The notes: generated by a model from the sequence alone, not told the origin. Counted from the first letter of the stretch, positions 40,684 through 55,176 are shown. The stretch is DNA of 64,000 bases from Octopus vulgaris (GCA_951406725.2 OX597814.1:196292001-196356000), one strand, 5' to 3'. A program made the numbers and translations.

Positions 40684-41342
40684 GTAAGTAGGATAACGGA
40701 AAATGCTTTCTAAATGAATTGAAACAGGTTTACAGGACTTAGTTTGCCAGGAGATTATCCATATCCCTGCGGTTATTCGTACTCCCCACGATAAATCAAT
40801 GTCTTTTATATAGAAATCACTTTAAAACTTTAGACGCGTTATAAATAATGAGATTCATTGAATGGGATGAAGTGAATTTCGAAATAAGAAACGAAATACA
40901 TGAAAATGTTTGTGACATCAGTTAAATGAATTCCTAAAAGCAATCTCTAAATGCGTAATAATTTTCTAACGCACAATTTCTGATCAGTTTTGATCTTTGA
41001 CCTAATACGATATTGATGCTGTTGACAAGCTAGAAATCTCACGACTGACAAGAACTGTAACGCCAGTAGTTTATAATAAAATATCAATATTTATTTCTGA
41101 TAAGTGACATAAATGTAATTTTTGAAACCTTTCCGTGTTCGAAATCGTATATGTGATATTTTGACATTGATTTACACTGCATGGCATGATATAAATAATA
41201 TAGGCATGAAGGAAGAATTTTCTCTTTCTGATAATTTGACACGAAACTGGAATAAATTTCATCGTAAGTACTAGAAGAAACACTGTCCTCAAGGCATATC
41301 AACCTACATATCTACATATGAAGATAGGTATATAGGTATATA

Positions 41343-41420
<78 letters not shown>

Positions 41421-41434
41421 CATACATACTTACA

Positions 41435-41472
<38 letters not shown>

Positions 41473-42450
41473 CATATGAGAGGGATGACCGCTATGTGGA
41501 CAACCCTTATGCTAGAAGTAGATCCGCTATGGTCTTACCACTAAGAAATGTTCTCAGGAAAAATACAGCAAACACCAGAACGTAAGCGAGCAAGACAAAT
41601 GAAAAGTAACAAAAATATGATGGAATTTACTGAACCTTCAGATTTTAATATGCAAGACCATTTGCTTACATACAAAAAAAATCAAACAAAACAAGTGCAT
41701 ACATACACACTCATACCCACACATGTAGATAGATGCATGTATGTGTGTGTGTATATGTGTGTGTGTGTGAATGTGTGTGTGTGCACATGTATTTTTTTTC
41801 TGTATGTAAACATATGGATATGAAAATAAACAGATCAACAACCAGACGGATAGGTATATAGGTTATAAGAACAGACAAGCACACATATGCAAATGGAGAC
41901 TGACACACATGACCATATACACACACACACTTTACTCCATCCAAGGACACATATGGGGAATGGATCCACACATATAGAGATGCACATCCATACAGACAAA
42001 CATAGTACATAGTTGCATAACACACATACACAGACAGACATGCATGCACAAGGAGTCAGAGGTGCACACATATACAAACACACACTCACACACACATACA
42101 CAGAAAATGCACAAACACATGACTATACAGGATGCATAAATACAGATGCAAACACACACATATATACATACACATGCATACATACATACACACATACGTA
42201 CGTACATGCATGCATAGGCACAAAAACACGCACACTGACCCACACACATGCGCACAAACAAACAAAAAGGAACGTAGTGTAAATAACGGACAGAGTCAAG
42301 ACTATTGAAAAGGTTGCAAGACGCAACGAAAATTATCAGAAAATAAAGATAAGAAATAAGTGGAAATTTTACCGGTGAGTGTGTTACATCATAAGGCACA
42401 AAAAGAAATTGACTCTCCCCAGACACAACAGAATATGTGACACTTATTTA

Positions 42451-42549
<99 letters not shown>

Positions 42550-42556
42550 TTATATA

Positions 42557-43193
42557 TCACCCTGATCACCCTGACCGACCAGTCCGTCAGGCGTCCATTT
42601 GACATCGCTGGTCACAGCACGGTGTCCACTCCTCTCTGGGTCGCACCTTTCTCATCCACGTGATCCCCATCGTCCTACTGAAATCGTAACTCCACCGTCG
42701 TGGAGGTCTTCAAGGTGGTCTTTTCCGCTTGCGCGAGTACCACTCGACCTTCCTCTCCTCCATTAGGTGGTTCAGTTCTTGCCACCCTGCCAAGGACCTG
42801 CAGTTGTAGGTGCATATGGCAAAGTTAGTCCTGCTCCATGACGGCCTTCGAGAACCTGTGATTCTTAGCAGCCTCTCGTCGCTCGAGTTGCACTCCGCCG
42901 TCATGGAGTGGCCCGATTGACGTGAAGGGTACTGAGGCCTTTTTCCTTTTCTCTTCGTTCTTCGTGCTGTTTTAGCCATAAGATGACGCCATCCCACTGG
43001 CTGGGCGGGCAGGCCGGTATTTTTGTTGGATGGCCGTTGACTATTCAGGAGTTCATCCGCCCTTTGTTGGTCCAACAGCACCCTCCTCACCAAGCGAACC
43101 TGGTGGGCTTGTCAGTTTAGACGCCGACGTCCCGACCATGCAACAGGCTGTACTGGATTACATGTTACCAGTAGCACTCTAGAGCGACCTGAC
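42557..43193 (-). mobile_element. Internally deleted (bipartite) RTE LINE derivative
   Basis: 5' UTR plus APE start FAICTYNCRSL...LMEE fused to the RTE C-terminus EWYSRKRKRPP*RPPRRW..., then tail ggtcagggtgatcagggtga; in (TA)n. Confidence 0.85.
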
Positions 43194-43215
43194 AATATAT
43201 ATTTATACATATATA

Positions 43216-43284
<69 letters not shown>

Positions 43285-43741
43285 AGATAGAGCCGGCCGT
43301 GTGCAATGTTTTATTAAAAGAGAAATTTTTGATTATCAGTAAAGGTGACTAGGTTATTAGAAATACCTACATTGCTAGAAATAAGAGCTAAAATGCTCTA
43401 ATGCTCAAACCAAAACACATAATTGTATACATATACACTGACACGGACTATAATCTCCCGAAAAAATACACCGATCGAGAATTCCCTATAACGACCGTTC
43501 AGTTGCGGCAATTTCCGTTGTCTCGTCAGTAAGGGCGTGCTCGACCACGGCAGATTCCGGACTTAATTCTCCGACTGTATATATGTTTTCACCATAACAA
43601 TTTGTGGATGATTTAACGAATCGCTAATGTATATGCAAAAAATTAATATAGATTAATGTATGTACGTATGTATGTTTGTATGTATGTGTGCATGTATGTA
43701 TGCATATATGTATGTATGTATGCATGCATGCATGTATATAT

Positions 43742-43858
43742 TATGTCACTATTTTTATTTATTTGAAGATTTCTTACCAATAGAGAAATAACCGGTTTCT
43801 AGCATAGATAAAAGACTCCTTCATTGGAATTTCGATATCCACAACAGGATATTTTTGT
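43742..43858 (-). mobile_element. 3' UTR fragment of the (CATA)n-associated RLE LINE
   Basis: Matches 1072-1185. Confidence 0.7.
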
Positions 43859-43997
43859 ATGTATGTATGTATGTATGTATGCATTTCTACCTTCAGTGAA
43901 TTGCAAATCGAGGGCGAACATATTGAACGATTTGGTAAAAATAGTTATGAATTAAGTAAATGTAGAAATTTAAACGAATTTACTTGACAACCCGTTT

Positions 43998-44093
<96 letters not shown>

Positions 44094-44106
44094 CCTATCT
44101 ATCTAC

Positions 44107-44173
<67 letters not shown>

Positions 44174-44533
44174 CCCAATTCATTAAAGGGAATGCATTAA
44201 GGATCGTGGCACATCAGCGTGAAGTAAACCGGCACCTATTATCTCAAAAATTATTTAAATCAGAGAATTACGCAATCTATTATTAATGAAATGAACGCAT
44301 CGATGAAGAGAAGTTCGCTGTTGTTTAATAATCTTCAATCTTGATAGTTTGCAAAAGAATCGAAAGATTAATATAACCTTAAAATAAAAGCAGAGGAATG
44401 AATTACCTGAAGCAGCAAAATTTGTGTAAGAATATTTATGGTGATGTAATCACAGTAGAGTCAGTATCCACAATATCCATAAAATTCAGTAACACGTTAC
44501 GTACCACTGAACTTATCGGCCTTACGAAATGTA

Positions 44534-45084
44534 TTGGGTTATCAGGAAAGTTCGTGCCGATTTTTAAAGGTCAGTAAATATTTGCCATTAGATTTTTAAT
44601 CAACCAAAGATGAACCATTTTGTTGCACAATGCGTCTCCATCTTTCTTTTAACTTGAAAATAGCCTCTTCCCAGAATTGAGGTGGTTTCATGGCAAAGAA
44701 TTCAACAAGTTATCTTTTTACGTCATCCAAGGAATTGAAATTTTTACCATTAAGACTATTCTGCACAGACCTGAATAAGTGGAAATCCGAGGGAACAATA
44801 ACTGGTGAATATGCAGGGTGGGGTATCACATCCCAGCCGAGCTGCGGCAATTTTTGTCTGGTTCCCAAAACATCAAGTGCCGAAAATGAACTTTCTTATT
44901 TTCTATTTTAAAGGGTTACAGAATTAACAAAGGTTATAGGAACATAAGCCATCTTCCATGAAAAGATAGCTTAAACTGTGCTCTAAATGGAGGTGTAGTC
45001 AAATCCTATTTTATGAACTCAAACCATAAAATAAGTCGAAAGGTAAGCCACTATAAATCGGCACGAACTTTCCGAGCAACCTAA
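44534..45084 (-). mobile_element. Internally deleted mariner with both TIRs and TA TSD
   Basis: TIRs ttgggttatcaggaaagttcgtgccgattt / aaatcggcacgaactttccgagcaacctaa. Minus strand reads HPAYSPVIVPSDFHLFRS (YSPDLAPSD motif). Confidence 0.9.
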
Positions 45085-46706
45085 TACAAGCGAACGGTGA
45101 CATGCTGATTAATCAACAAATGATGAGCAAATGAAATTTCTAAGAAATATAAACTGCCCGGGACTATAAAATGTTAACCACAAGTGTGGGTAGCGGAATG
45201 AGGTTGTAAATTATAGAATGGTTCACTTAATAAAGGTTGGTACTGGAAAAACACAATTGTATACCAGTAGGCAGCAAGCATGAAGCATGACATTTGACCC
45301 TTTAAAAACATATTAGAAAAGAGTTGCCGAAGTTGTTCTGAAGCATAAAGTATTCCCGTTGTCATATTTTGGATGGTTCATCAAAAGATTGACATGTTTA
45401 GCAAAATTCAGCGGCACTTATTTTTTACTTAACTCCTTTTGATTAAAGTTCTACCATTTTATTACACAGATGATAGAATATTTGGTTTATTTATCCGGCT
45501 TATAATAATTCAGGAAAAATCACTTAAGGGAAAACACAAAGAGTAGCGAAAGTTTCTGAAAAATTTCAGAGAACTGGGAATCATAGCTTATACATACTTA
45601 TATAGAAACGTAATAGGATTAATCTCATAGAAAAAAGTGAGCAATACATTTGGCATTAGCATAAAGAAGTATATATGTAAACTAGACTAATGAAAGTAAT
45701 TTAAGCAATAATCAGTGTCAACATGAAGATATGTACAAAATGACGTTAGTTTAACATCGAATTTTAGAGAGATGAGTAATATGATGAAGCTACGAGTTGC
45801 AAGGCCAAAACCAATTGAGAAGGAAAAACAACTGATATGCCCAATTTAAGAAATAAGACGAAAACCAAAACTCCCTACGTTTCGGTTAACCAATATTCCG
45901 GCGTTATTATTGGCAGCACAGCAAATCAATGAGAATTCTTCAGGTTCTCTAGACAGGTTAGATCACTACTGTAATAATTTTAAAATTACGGAGAATATTT
46001 AAAAAGTGGTAAAAGAATTTATAAGAATTGTGAATGGCCTAAATGTTAATAAATTAAAAGAATTTACAGGATTATGACGAATTAAAAAGAATTATAAAGG
46101 CCATTACTCGGAAGATTGAAGCAAATATTATAAATATAACCTAAGGCTTGAAGCAAATTGAATAAAGTTATTGGATTATAAATTATATGAAATATAAATT
46201 ATATAATTACAGCCGGCGGCAGGTGTCGTTAGAATAACGGGTAGGCAAAAGTAGCTTAAATATGATCAATTATACGTATTAATAGTATTATAATACGCTA
46301 GGCAACCAAATATATTCCTCGCGTTTCGTTGCTAGTTATGAAAATCAATGTTGTTGAGTTATAAATAAGTAATAAGCACTCGGGGAAGACCTTATAGGAT
46401 CGGATTAAGTATTCTACGGACTGTATGCAGGAATTGATACGTAATTCATTCATTCTATTAATAACATCATCTGTGCGTTTAAATATTTCCAACAATTACA
46501 AAGGGCAGAGATTGCAACCATATTTATGCCTAACATAAAGCTTATTGTGTCTAGCAATGACTTCCATTAGATGAATATTGATATTTTTGTCCTCTAACTC
46601 CCAAGCCATCGTGGAGAACGATTTTGAGTTCGCATCATCTGTCCTCCTACATATACCTGCCTTTCATATAAATGCTTATGTTTGGTTTTTATTATAAGAG
46701 TTTATA

Positions 46707-47105
46707 GGGCGGCGAGGTGGCAGAACCATTAGCACGCCGGGCGAAATACTTAACGGCATTTCGTCCGTCCATACGTTCTGAGTTCAAATTCCGCCGACGT
46801 CGACTTTGCCTTTCATCATTTCGGGGTCGATTAAATAAGTACCAGTTATGCACTGGGGTCGATATAATCGACTTAATCTCTTTGTATGTCCTTGTTTGTC
46901 CCTTCTGTGTTTAGCCCCTTGTGGGTAGTAAAGAAATAGCTATTTCGTCCGCTGCTGCGTTCTGAGTTCAAGTTCCGCTGAGTTCTACTTTGCCTTTCAT
47001 CCTTTCGGGGTCGATGAAATGAGTACCGGTTACGTACGGGGTCGATATAATCGACTAACCCCTCCCCCACAAATTCAGACATTGTGCCTGTAGCAGAAAA
47101 GATCA
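46707..47105 (+). mobile_element. SINE family A dimer; second unit head-less with variant tail
   Basis: Junction aagaaatagctatttcgtcc at about 46931-46950. Confidence 0.9.
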
Positions 47106-47571
47106 TTATAAGAGTTTATACTAAACTATGTGTCTAAATACTTATTACTTACATAAGTTTCAAAACCATCATCTCCTAGACGACTCACTGAGCATATTGT
47201 TTATCAACTTTTGGATATGATTTCCCCAAGCACCAAATATCACATATTGGGTAAAAATGGCTCGACTAATTTTATAAGTGATACTTCTTTGGCAACAATG
47301 AATATGGAATCAGTAACCACTCCTGAACAAATTGACATATATTGTTGATTAGTTGCTACAGAAATCTGGCGACGTCCTAATTTATTTGTTTTACATAACT
47401 GAAGTCATTCTATTCTCACAAATACCAGCAAGAGTCTTAAAACTATTACCACATCTCTCCTGTCTAGACTTCTGTAAATGCAAACGGACATCCATTCATA
47501 ATATATATCTGTGTGTATATATATATTTGTGTGTATCTATATATAGATATTATCCATATATATACATATAT

Positions 47572-48276
47572 ATATATAATATTATAAAATAAGAAGAGGA
47601 AAATTACATCAAAAGATCATCACAGAAGATATACGTCCAAAATAATATTGTATTAATAGATAGATGTATAAATGTATAAACTATGATTATTTAAAAGGTT
47701 TAAAGTTTAAAATAGCTTACGATCGTTTCGTGATGTATTACTCTTCGAAATGGAATCTAAATTTGATAATCATTATTAGACAATATATCCACTCGTCACA
47801 GAGAAAGAGGGTGATTTTCCGTGTAGTCAATCGAATGCTATTTAAAAATATATGAACAAAGATGTTGTTTAAAAATTGTTTTCATATATTTTTAAATAGG
47901 TTTCGATTGAATTCACAGAAATTCACACTCTTTCTCTCTGACGAGTGGCTGTATTACCTAATAATGATTATCAATTTTAGATTCCATTTCTAAAGGTAAT
48001 ACAAATCACGAAACGATCGTAAGTTATTTTAAATTTTAAACTTTTTAAATAATCATACTTTATACATTTATACATCTATCTATTAATACAATATTATTTT
48101 GGACGTATATCTTCTGGGATGAGTTTTTGATGTAATTTTCCTGCTCCTAATTTTATAATATATAACCGCTCTTATTAAATGTCTAAATACCTTAAATGTT
48201 AGCACATTTCCCTACCGAGAGCACTTATTAGAAATTCAGTATATTGTATTCTCATTGAAAATATTTGATTAACGAT
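47572..48276. mobile_element. ~290-bp-arm palindromic element plus ~110-bp tail, hammerhead motif in each arm
   Basis: Arms about 47572-47860 and 47880-48165. Right arm: CTGACGA(47938)-GTGGCTGTATTACC...GGTAATACAAATCAC-GAAAC-GATC-GTA(48021). Confidence 0.75.
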
Positions 48277-48419
48277 ATACATAAATAGATAAATAAATAA
48301 ATAAATATATATATATATGTATAAATGTATGTATGCATGTATGTATGTATGTATGTATGTATGTATGTATGTATGTATGTATGTATGTATGTATGTATGT
48401 ATGTATGTATGTATGTATA

Positions 48420-48620
48420 GAGTGTTAGGTGTGCTGTACAGAATTGAGAAAAAAGTCGTCAGAATGTTTGAAAAAATCCTTTTATTTCCTCATTATTCTT
48501 AGCTCTCTAGAACTTATCAAATGGAATTGCATTTGACAAGTTCTAGAGAGGAACGAAAGTGCTAATAATAATGAAGAAATAAAAGGACTTTCCAAAATTC
48601 TGACGATATTTTTCTCAATA
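48420..48620. repeat. Inverted-repeat element between (TATG)n and (TA)n
   Basis: Symmetric about 48525, e.g. tctctagaactt..caaatg / catttg..aagttctagaga. Confidence 0.65.
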
Positions 48621-48637
48621 TATATATATATATATAC

Positions 48638-48937
48638 AGGCGCGATTGTGTGAGAAGCTTGCCTCCAAACCACACCGTTCTGGGTTCAGTCTCACTGCGT
48701 ATTACCTATGGCAAGTGTCTTCAACTATATCCTCTGGCCGACCAAAGCCTTGTAAGTGTATTTGTTAGACGGAAACTGGAAGAAGCCCGTCGTATATGGG
48801 GCTGCCGCGTTGGATATCATTAATCAGCCAAAATTTGCTATATATCCGGTTTCTGATAAGATATTCGAATGACCCGTCTGTTTTCTGTGTTCGTCCCTTT
48901 GTGTATTTCATTCTTGTTTCTTTATATATAATTTTTA

Positions 48938-48985
<48 letters not shown>

Positions 48986-49530
48986 ATATATAAAGAAGTT
49001 GTGTGTCTCTCTCCTACGATTTAGATTCGTAACTACTCCCATATTTTGCGGTGCAGTTTAACCAAAAGCGGGTATCTTATAGTCGTGATTCATATCGAGC
49101 CCTTCCGGGTATTAGCGCGCGTCTACGATGAGTCTACGATTAAAAAAAAATTTACCATCATTTTTCCCCATTTTTAATGCATTTTTTACTATTATATAAG
49201 TAACTCTCTAAAATTGCTTATATAGTTATTTCCCTTACAAACTCGAGCAACGCCGGGCGATACTGCTAGTATTTTTATATACATATATATGTTTGTGTGT
49301 ATTTTTGTGTGTCCTTGTTATTTTTGTCTGTCTTTGTTCCCCCACCATCGCTTGACAACCGAAGTTGGTGTGTTTACGTTCCCGTAACTTACCGGTTAGG
49401 CAAAAGAGAACGATAGAATACGTACTAGGTTTACAATGCATATGTTTAGGGGTGATCGCTTTGTTCGACTACACGTGGTGCTCCAGCATTGTCGCAGTCA
49501 AATGACTAAAACAAGTGAAAGAAAAGAAGA
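48638..49530 (+). mobile_element. SINE family B split by nested insertions
   Basis: 5' half at 48638-48795, 3' half at about 49290-49530. Confidence 0.75.
48982..49269 (+). mobile_element. Non-autonomous Helitron
   Basis: Homologous to 61857-62153; 3' hairpin plus CTAG|T. Confidence 0.85.
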
Positions 49531-51288
49531 ATATATATATATATATATAGCAATATAATTAAGGGCTCCCAAATAAAGAAGCCTAGTGCTAGGGACACAA
49601 AAATTCTTGATTATATTCACATATATATATATATATATAAACCTACTTAAGATTCAGTTGAACTAGGTGCTTAAATTGAGGCACCTTGCTAATTCGGTAT
49701 AGTCCACACACCTCAACAACATTATTTGAATATTAAATATCAAGACTTCGTGTAGGGGTGATTGGACCTAATATTCCTGTTGCATGTATATACAACGCAA
49801 CCCAGCTAAGTGAAGATATCCGCTCTTAGTAATTTACCCATGTACTCTTCATATAAAGGTACTTTCTATAGCATTTCCGAAGTGCAAATTCCAAGTGAGG
49901 TAGACAGAACCTGTACATCGTTGTTACTTATTTATTGTCTATGGGGAGCGGTGGATGTCTGTGTTTGTCTGTGTGTGTGTTTTGCATTAGATATACTTGT
50001 TGACTACGAGTTGAAGATTCGTCTGTCTCAGCTTTGTTCAAGCAACGTTGTATGGTACAATGTTTGCTGGTATTCATAAAAGAATATTCTTCTATAAATT
50101 GTATGCACCACGGGAAAGAGATTTGAAGCAATAAGTTTGCTTTGACAGATAGAAATTTTGGTTTGCACTTGTATAGTTGCTCTGTGTATACATTGAATTT
50201 TTCTTTTTTAATTGAAAGATGTTTAAATGTATGTATATTAACAAATAAAATATTCTAGATATACTTCATAGTCAGACCATTTAGATTGGTTTAGATAAAT
50301 TAGATTTTATTGACTTTTGGGATATGACGAATCTATTAATTGAAAACTAGCGGTCAATTATAGCGTAAGTACAGTATGTGGTGAGGGTTTCTTAAATGGC
50401 TGTCTATATGTGCGTGGGCGTGTGGTGGGTATGTGCGCGCGATATTTCTTGTGTTAGCTTCTACTCTGCGTTTGCGTGTATGTGTATTAGCGGCAAGGGT
50501 TGCATAGAATTATTGACCTTATGATTTAGAAAGAAATTTGTATGCAAGAGAAGATCATACTGTTTATTATATAGGCTTTAATTAGATGAAATACGATAAA
50601 AGATATAATTAAAAAAAACATTAAAGTTCAAAAATCTAAAATTCGAAAGCATCAAATAAACTTTCTGGAGTTATGGATAAAAAAAAATAAAGTAATAAAA
50701 ATGATAAATGATTAATCTTAATTTGTAGATACGTGTTTGAGTGCCTATACGTATTCATTTGTGTGTGTGGGGGGGGAGAAAAAACAATTAGTTTTAAATC
50801 TCTGAGCGAAAAATATGTAGTAACAGTACCTTTCAGTGAAGTCTCCTTGCCAACGTAATGCGGCAGTTCTACGAAGAACGATGTTACTACATTCTAGCCC
50901 CAGAAAAACACCATTTCCAGCTGGCTATGGACACATAATCTGTGTCCTCATACTGTGAGCAAGGGGGTTAATTTCAGACCATAATCAATGCATGCACTGG
51001 TATATTGAACTCCTATGTGTATGTATCTGTTTGTGTGTGTATGTATGTGTTTGTGTGTGTATGAATGTGCGTACATATGTATGATTGTATGCATGTTATT
51101 ATATCTCTACATTTGTAAGTCTGTGCGGTGATTATCAAGTAGAACAGATCCCAATGATTGCTCGGAGACACAAGGCATTTATAAAAATCTCTCTAGCCCT
51201 GTGTCTCCACAGCAAGAATCTATTAGTAGCTGTCGTCTTCATACTTTTATACTGTGTACATTATATACATATATATGTGTGTATTTGG

Positions 51289-51320
<32 letters not shown>

Positions 51321-51384
51321 CACATACACGTGGAGGGTGGGTGTGTGCATGTGTGTGTATGTTACAAATTCGGAGTGCCACATG

Positions 51385-51448
<64 letters not shown>

Positions 51449-51631
51449 ATATATATATATAAATAGATAGATAAATAGATAGATAGATAAATAGATAGAT
51501 AGACAGATAGACAGGTAGGTAGATAGACAGATAGATAAATAGGTAGGTAGGTAGGTAGGTAGGCAGAGACAAAGAGAGAGACAGACAGACAGACAGCTAG
51601 ATAGATAGATCGATAAATAGATAGATAGATT

Positions 51632-51698
<67 letters not shown>

Positions 51699-52726
51699 TG
51701 ATAGATAGATAAATAGATAGATATTTCAAGAATTGCATAAAGGATTCTGCAAGGTTTATTAATACCTTTACTAAAAGGGACTTGCATTTGGAAAACATGG
51801 ATGTTTAAAGACAATAGAGTGCATTATGATATTCTTTGGGGTGTTTAAGATTTAGAGATGGAAGGAATTTAAACGTCATGTAGAGTTGTGAACATTTAAT
51901 TGAAAATCCTTTAAGAAGAAAACATTTATGGATAGTTGCTTCAAAGCATTTTGTCTTGTTCTTGCTATGCATATTCCAATGACTGGAAATTATAAAATGT
52001 ATTCAAATCAGAAAAAAAGAAAAAAAAGATTCAACGTATGTATATTCTGTACAACATTACATAGTAAAACGCATCAATATATTTTCTTTAATATTATCAG
52101 TCAATTTTGAAATCTCCTTGTTTCCTTTATAGAAACAGAAAATAACCCCTGGGTACAAAGTGGATAATAAATCAAAATTGTATAGCTTCTAGTGGAATAT
52201 TCGCGTGTTTGCATGAGAAAAAACACTTCGGCTTGTCTTATAAAAGTATTTGAAAGATTCCTTCAATATAATAATCTACTGCTGAATGCTCTATGCTTTG
52301 GGTGACAGTTTTTAATTATATATGTCCATGTCATCTGCTCCTTTGGATTCCAAAACATTTTACATTAAGCATGATTGTGGGAAATTCGAATTTCATGCCT
52401 ACGAATTTCTCAAAGTAACTTTATAAATTTGTTTGCGTAGATTTTAATGATTACTCTTAGATCTTGGAGATGAAACAGCATTTTGTTACGTTTTGATTTA
52501 TTATTTGTATTTTATTCCTCGTATTTATTTATTTATATTTCGTGTTCAAATCGTCATATACAGCTTGTATTCTTCTGTTCAAATCCGCAAGTATCCCTCG
52601 ATGGATTTAGAATCATGGCGCCTGAGCATCATTAAACAAATGCAAAGAAAACATAAGATAATATAAAGCCTTGGTACATAAGTTCTGACGAAAAGACAGA
52701 ACAGTTTTCTTTCTTTTATAATGGAA

Positions 52727-53273
52727 CTAGCAGCATAGTCCGGCGTTGCCCGGGTATGTAAGAGCTCCTAGTAGGCAACGACTAATCCCAATCTAGTCCT
52801 TTCCCTCTAGGGAACAAAGGCGCATGTGTAGGTTGCAATGTCTTCTGTCTATACGATGTTCCTAGCTGTCCCTTTGGGCGAAAACCCGATTTCCTAAAAT
52901 GGCATGATTTTATCGATTTTTTCTGATGGTAAGGTATTGCATGGAAAACTAAAGTCAGAATTAAGTTTCTTAGGGTAACATTAAGCTTCACCATGAGTTT
53001 GGTGAAAATCGATTGCAAGTTACGAAAACTACAACAGAAAATGTGTTGCATATAAAAAGCTGAGATTCTCGACCCCATGTCGAATTTATCGATTTTTTCA
53101 AAACTGGGGGAACTTTTCAAAATTTTCGCTGCGTTAGTTTTGAATTATAACATTGGGCTATGTGTGTGTTTAGTTTCATCAGAATCGGTTGAAAGCTGTG
53201 GTCAGGGTGAGGGTACAACCTGACAGACACACAGACACACAGACAGACAAACTGCCGTTTATATAGAGAGAGA
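52727..53273 (-). mobile_element. Non-autonomous Helitron with a different internal sequence
   Basis: 5' TC, 3' cccgggcaacgccgg hairpin plus CTAG, A|T junction. Confidence 0.8.
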
Positions 53274-53711
53274 TTTAAAAACTGATAGTACTGCTTAACT
53301 AGTTACTTGTAAGAGACTGGAAGCATCATTTAGAAGCTAATGAAACCTTCCAATTCCTATACAGCAGAATCACTATAAAAAAAAAAGTGCAGAGCGCATC
53401 CGCATGATACACATGTCTAATAAGATAGTATTTATTGGAGATCATTGACATTTACCATTGACACGACATAGTTCTGGTTGTGATGTATAAAATGTTTTCG
53501 TCGGTCGACCTGGAAAGGATTCTGAACGTGTTGTATCTAAATAGTGAGATTAACTATAATTGTTGAGGTATTTTCAATAGTTAAACACTCTGGGTCTTCC
53601 AGACAATATGACGTTTTCATCAACATCTCGCAACACATAAACGCACGCGCACACACGCAATTACACAGTCACACAAACACACAAGCATATATATATATAT
53701 AAATATATACA

Positions 53712-53746
<35 letters not shown>

Positions 53747-53800
53747 TATTCATATATATAAGCACACACACACACGCACAAACTCACTAACGCACAGGCA

Positions 53801-53892
<92 letters not shown>

Positions 53893-53899
53893 TTACTTA

Positions 53900-54036
53900 T
53901 ATTAAGGGCATTACTGTACATAAATGCCTCACGCTTGGAAGGACTTTAAGTCAAAACTACCATATTTTTATAGTAGCTTTGACTTTAGGAGTCCCTCCTA
54001 GCATGAGGCATTTATGTATAGTAATGCCCTTAATAT
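53900..54036. repeat. Palindromic element in (TA)n
   Basis: tatattaagggcattac...gtaatgcccttaatata; ~65-bp arms. Confidence 0.7.
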
Positions 54037-54199
54037 ATATACATACATACATACATACATAGACACACACATATATATATATACATACATACATAGACAC
54101 ATATATATGTAAATATATAAATATATACATATAAACATACATATATATATATATATGTACGCATGTATAAATATATATATATATATGTATGTATATGTT

Positions 54200-54422
54200 T
54201 ACTCTCTTTTACTTGTTTCAGTCATTTGGCTGTGGCCATGCTGGAGCACCGCCTTTAGTCGAGCAAATCTACCCCATGACTTATTCTTTGTAAGCTTAGT
54301 ACTTATTCTATCAGTCTCTGTTGCCGAACCGCTAAGTTACGGGGACCTAAACACACCAGCATCGGGTGTCAAGCGATGCTGGGGGGGACAAACATATACA
54401 CACACGCACATACATACATACA

Positions 54423-54503
<81 letters not shown>

Positions 54504-54682
54504 GTATACATATATACGACGGTCTTCTTCCAGTTTCCGTCTACCAAATCCACTCACAGGGCTTTGGTCGGCTCGAGGCTATAGTAGAAGACACTTGCCC
54601 AAGATGCTACACAGTGGGACTGAACCCGGAACCATGTTGTTGGTGAGCCTGCTACTTACCACACAGCCACTTCTACGCCTAT
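54200..54682 (-). mobile_element. SINE family B, full length
   Basis: Reverse complement of 61041-61442. Confidence 0.9.
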
Positions 54683-54871
54683 ATTGAGTTACTTTTTAAA
54701 TCAAATTGAATTCTGGTTTTATAACCACTTCTAGTGGTATTACAGTTGAATCATGGTTTATAAAATGAATTGTAGCAGTTTTACAGTTCTATATTTAAGA
54801 GATGAGGAATTATCTACATTATTTACATTATTTACAATTGACAGATATTTGTCCTCATCTATATTATATAC

Positions 54872-55176
54872 GTGAAGGCGCAATGGCCTAGTGGTTAGGG
54901 CAGCGGACTCGCGGTCGCAGGATCACGGTTTCGATTCCCAAACCCGGCGTTGTGAGTGTTTATTGAGCGAAAACACCTAAAAGCTCCACGAAGCTCCGGC
55001 AGGGGGTGGTGATCCCTGCTGTACTCTTTCACCACTCTTTCTCCTACTCTTTCTTCTGTTGGCCTGCTCGCTTAGCCAGCGGGGTGGCGTCATTTGAAGG
55101 CTAAAACAATGCGAACGCATTGTGACCAGCGATGTGTAACAACATTTGATGGTCTGGTCGGTCACGTGATCACGTG
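54872..55176 (+). mobile_element. SINE family C with bipartite RTE-derived body and tail, 11-bp TSD
   Basis: tRNA-like head; TSD atattatatac at 54861-54871 and 55177-55187; body and tail match 42557-43193. Confidence 0.85.

Noticed and set aside
41640-42300. Cys-rich and His-rich overlapping ORFs
   Set aside because: Degenerate (CA)n/(TG)n sequence.
49800-50420. Possible highly decayed PLE RT (minus strand)
   Set aside because: Only faint motif echoes across frameshifts; not supportable by eye.
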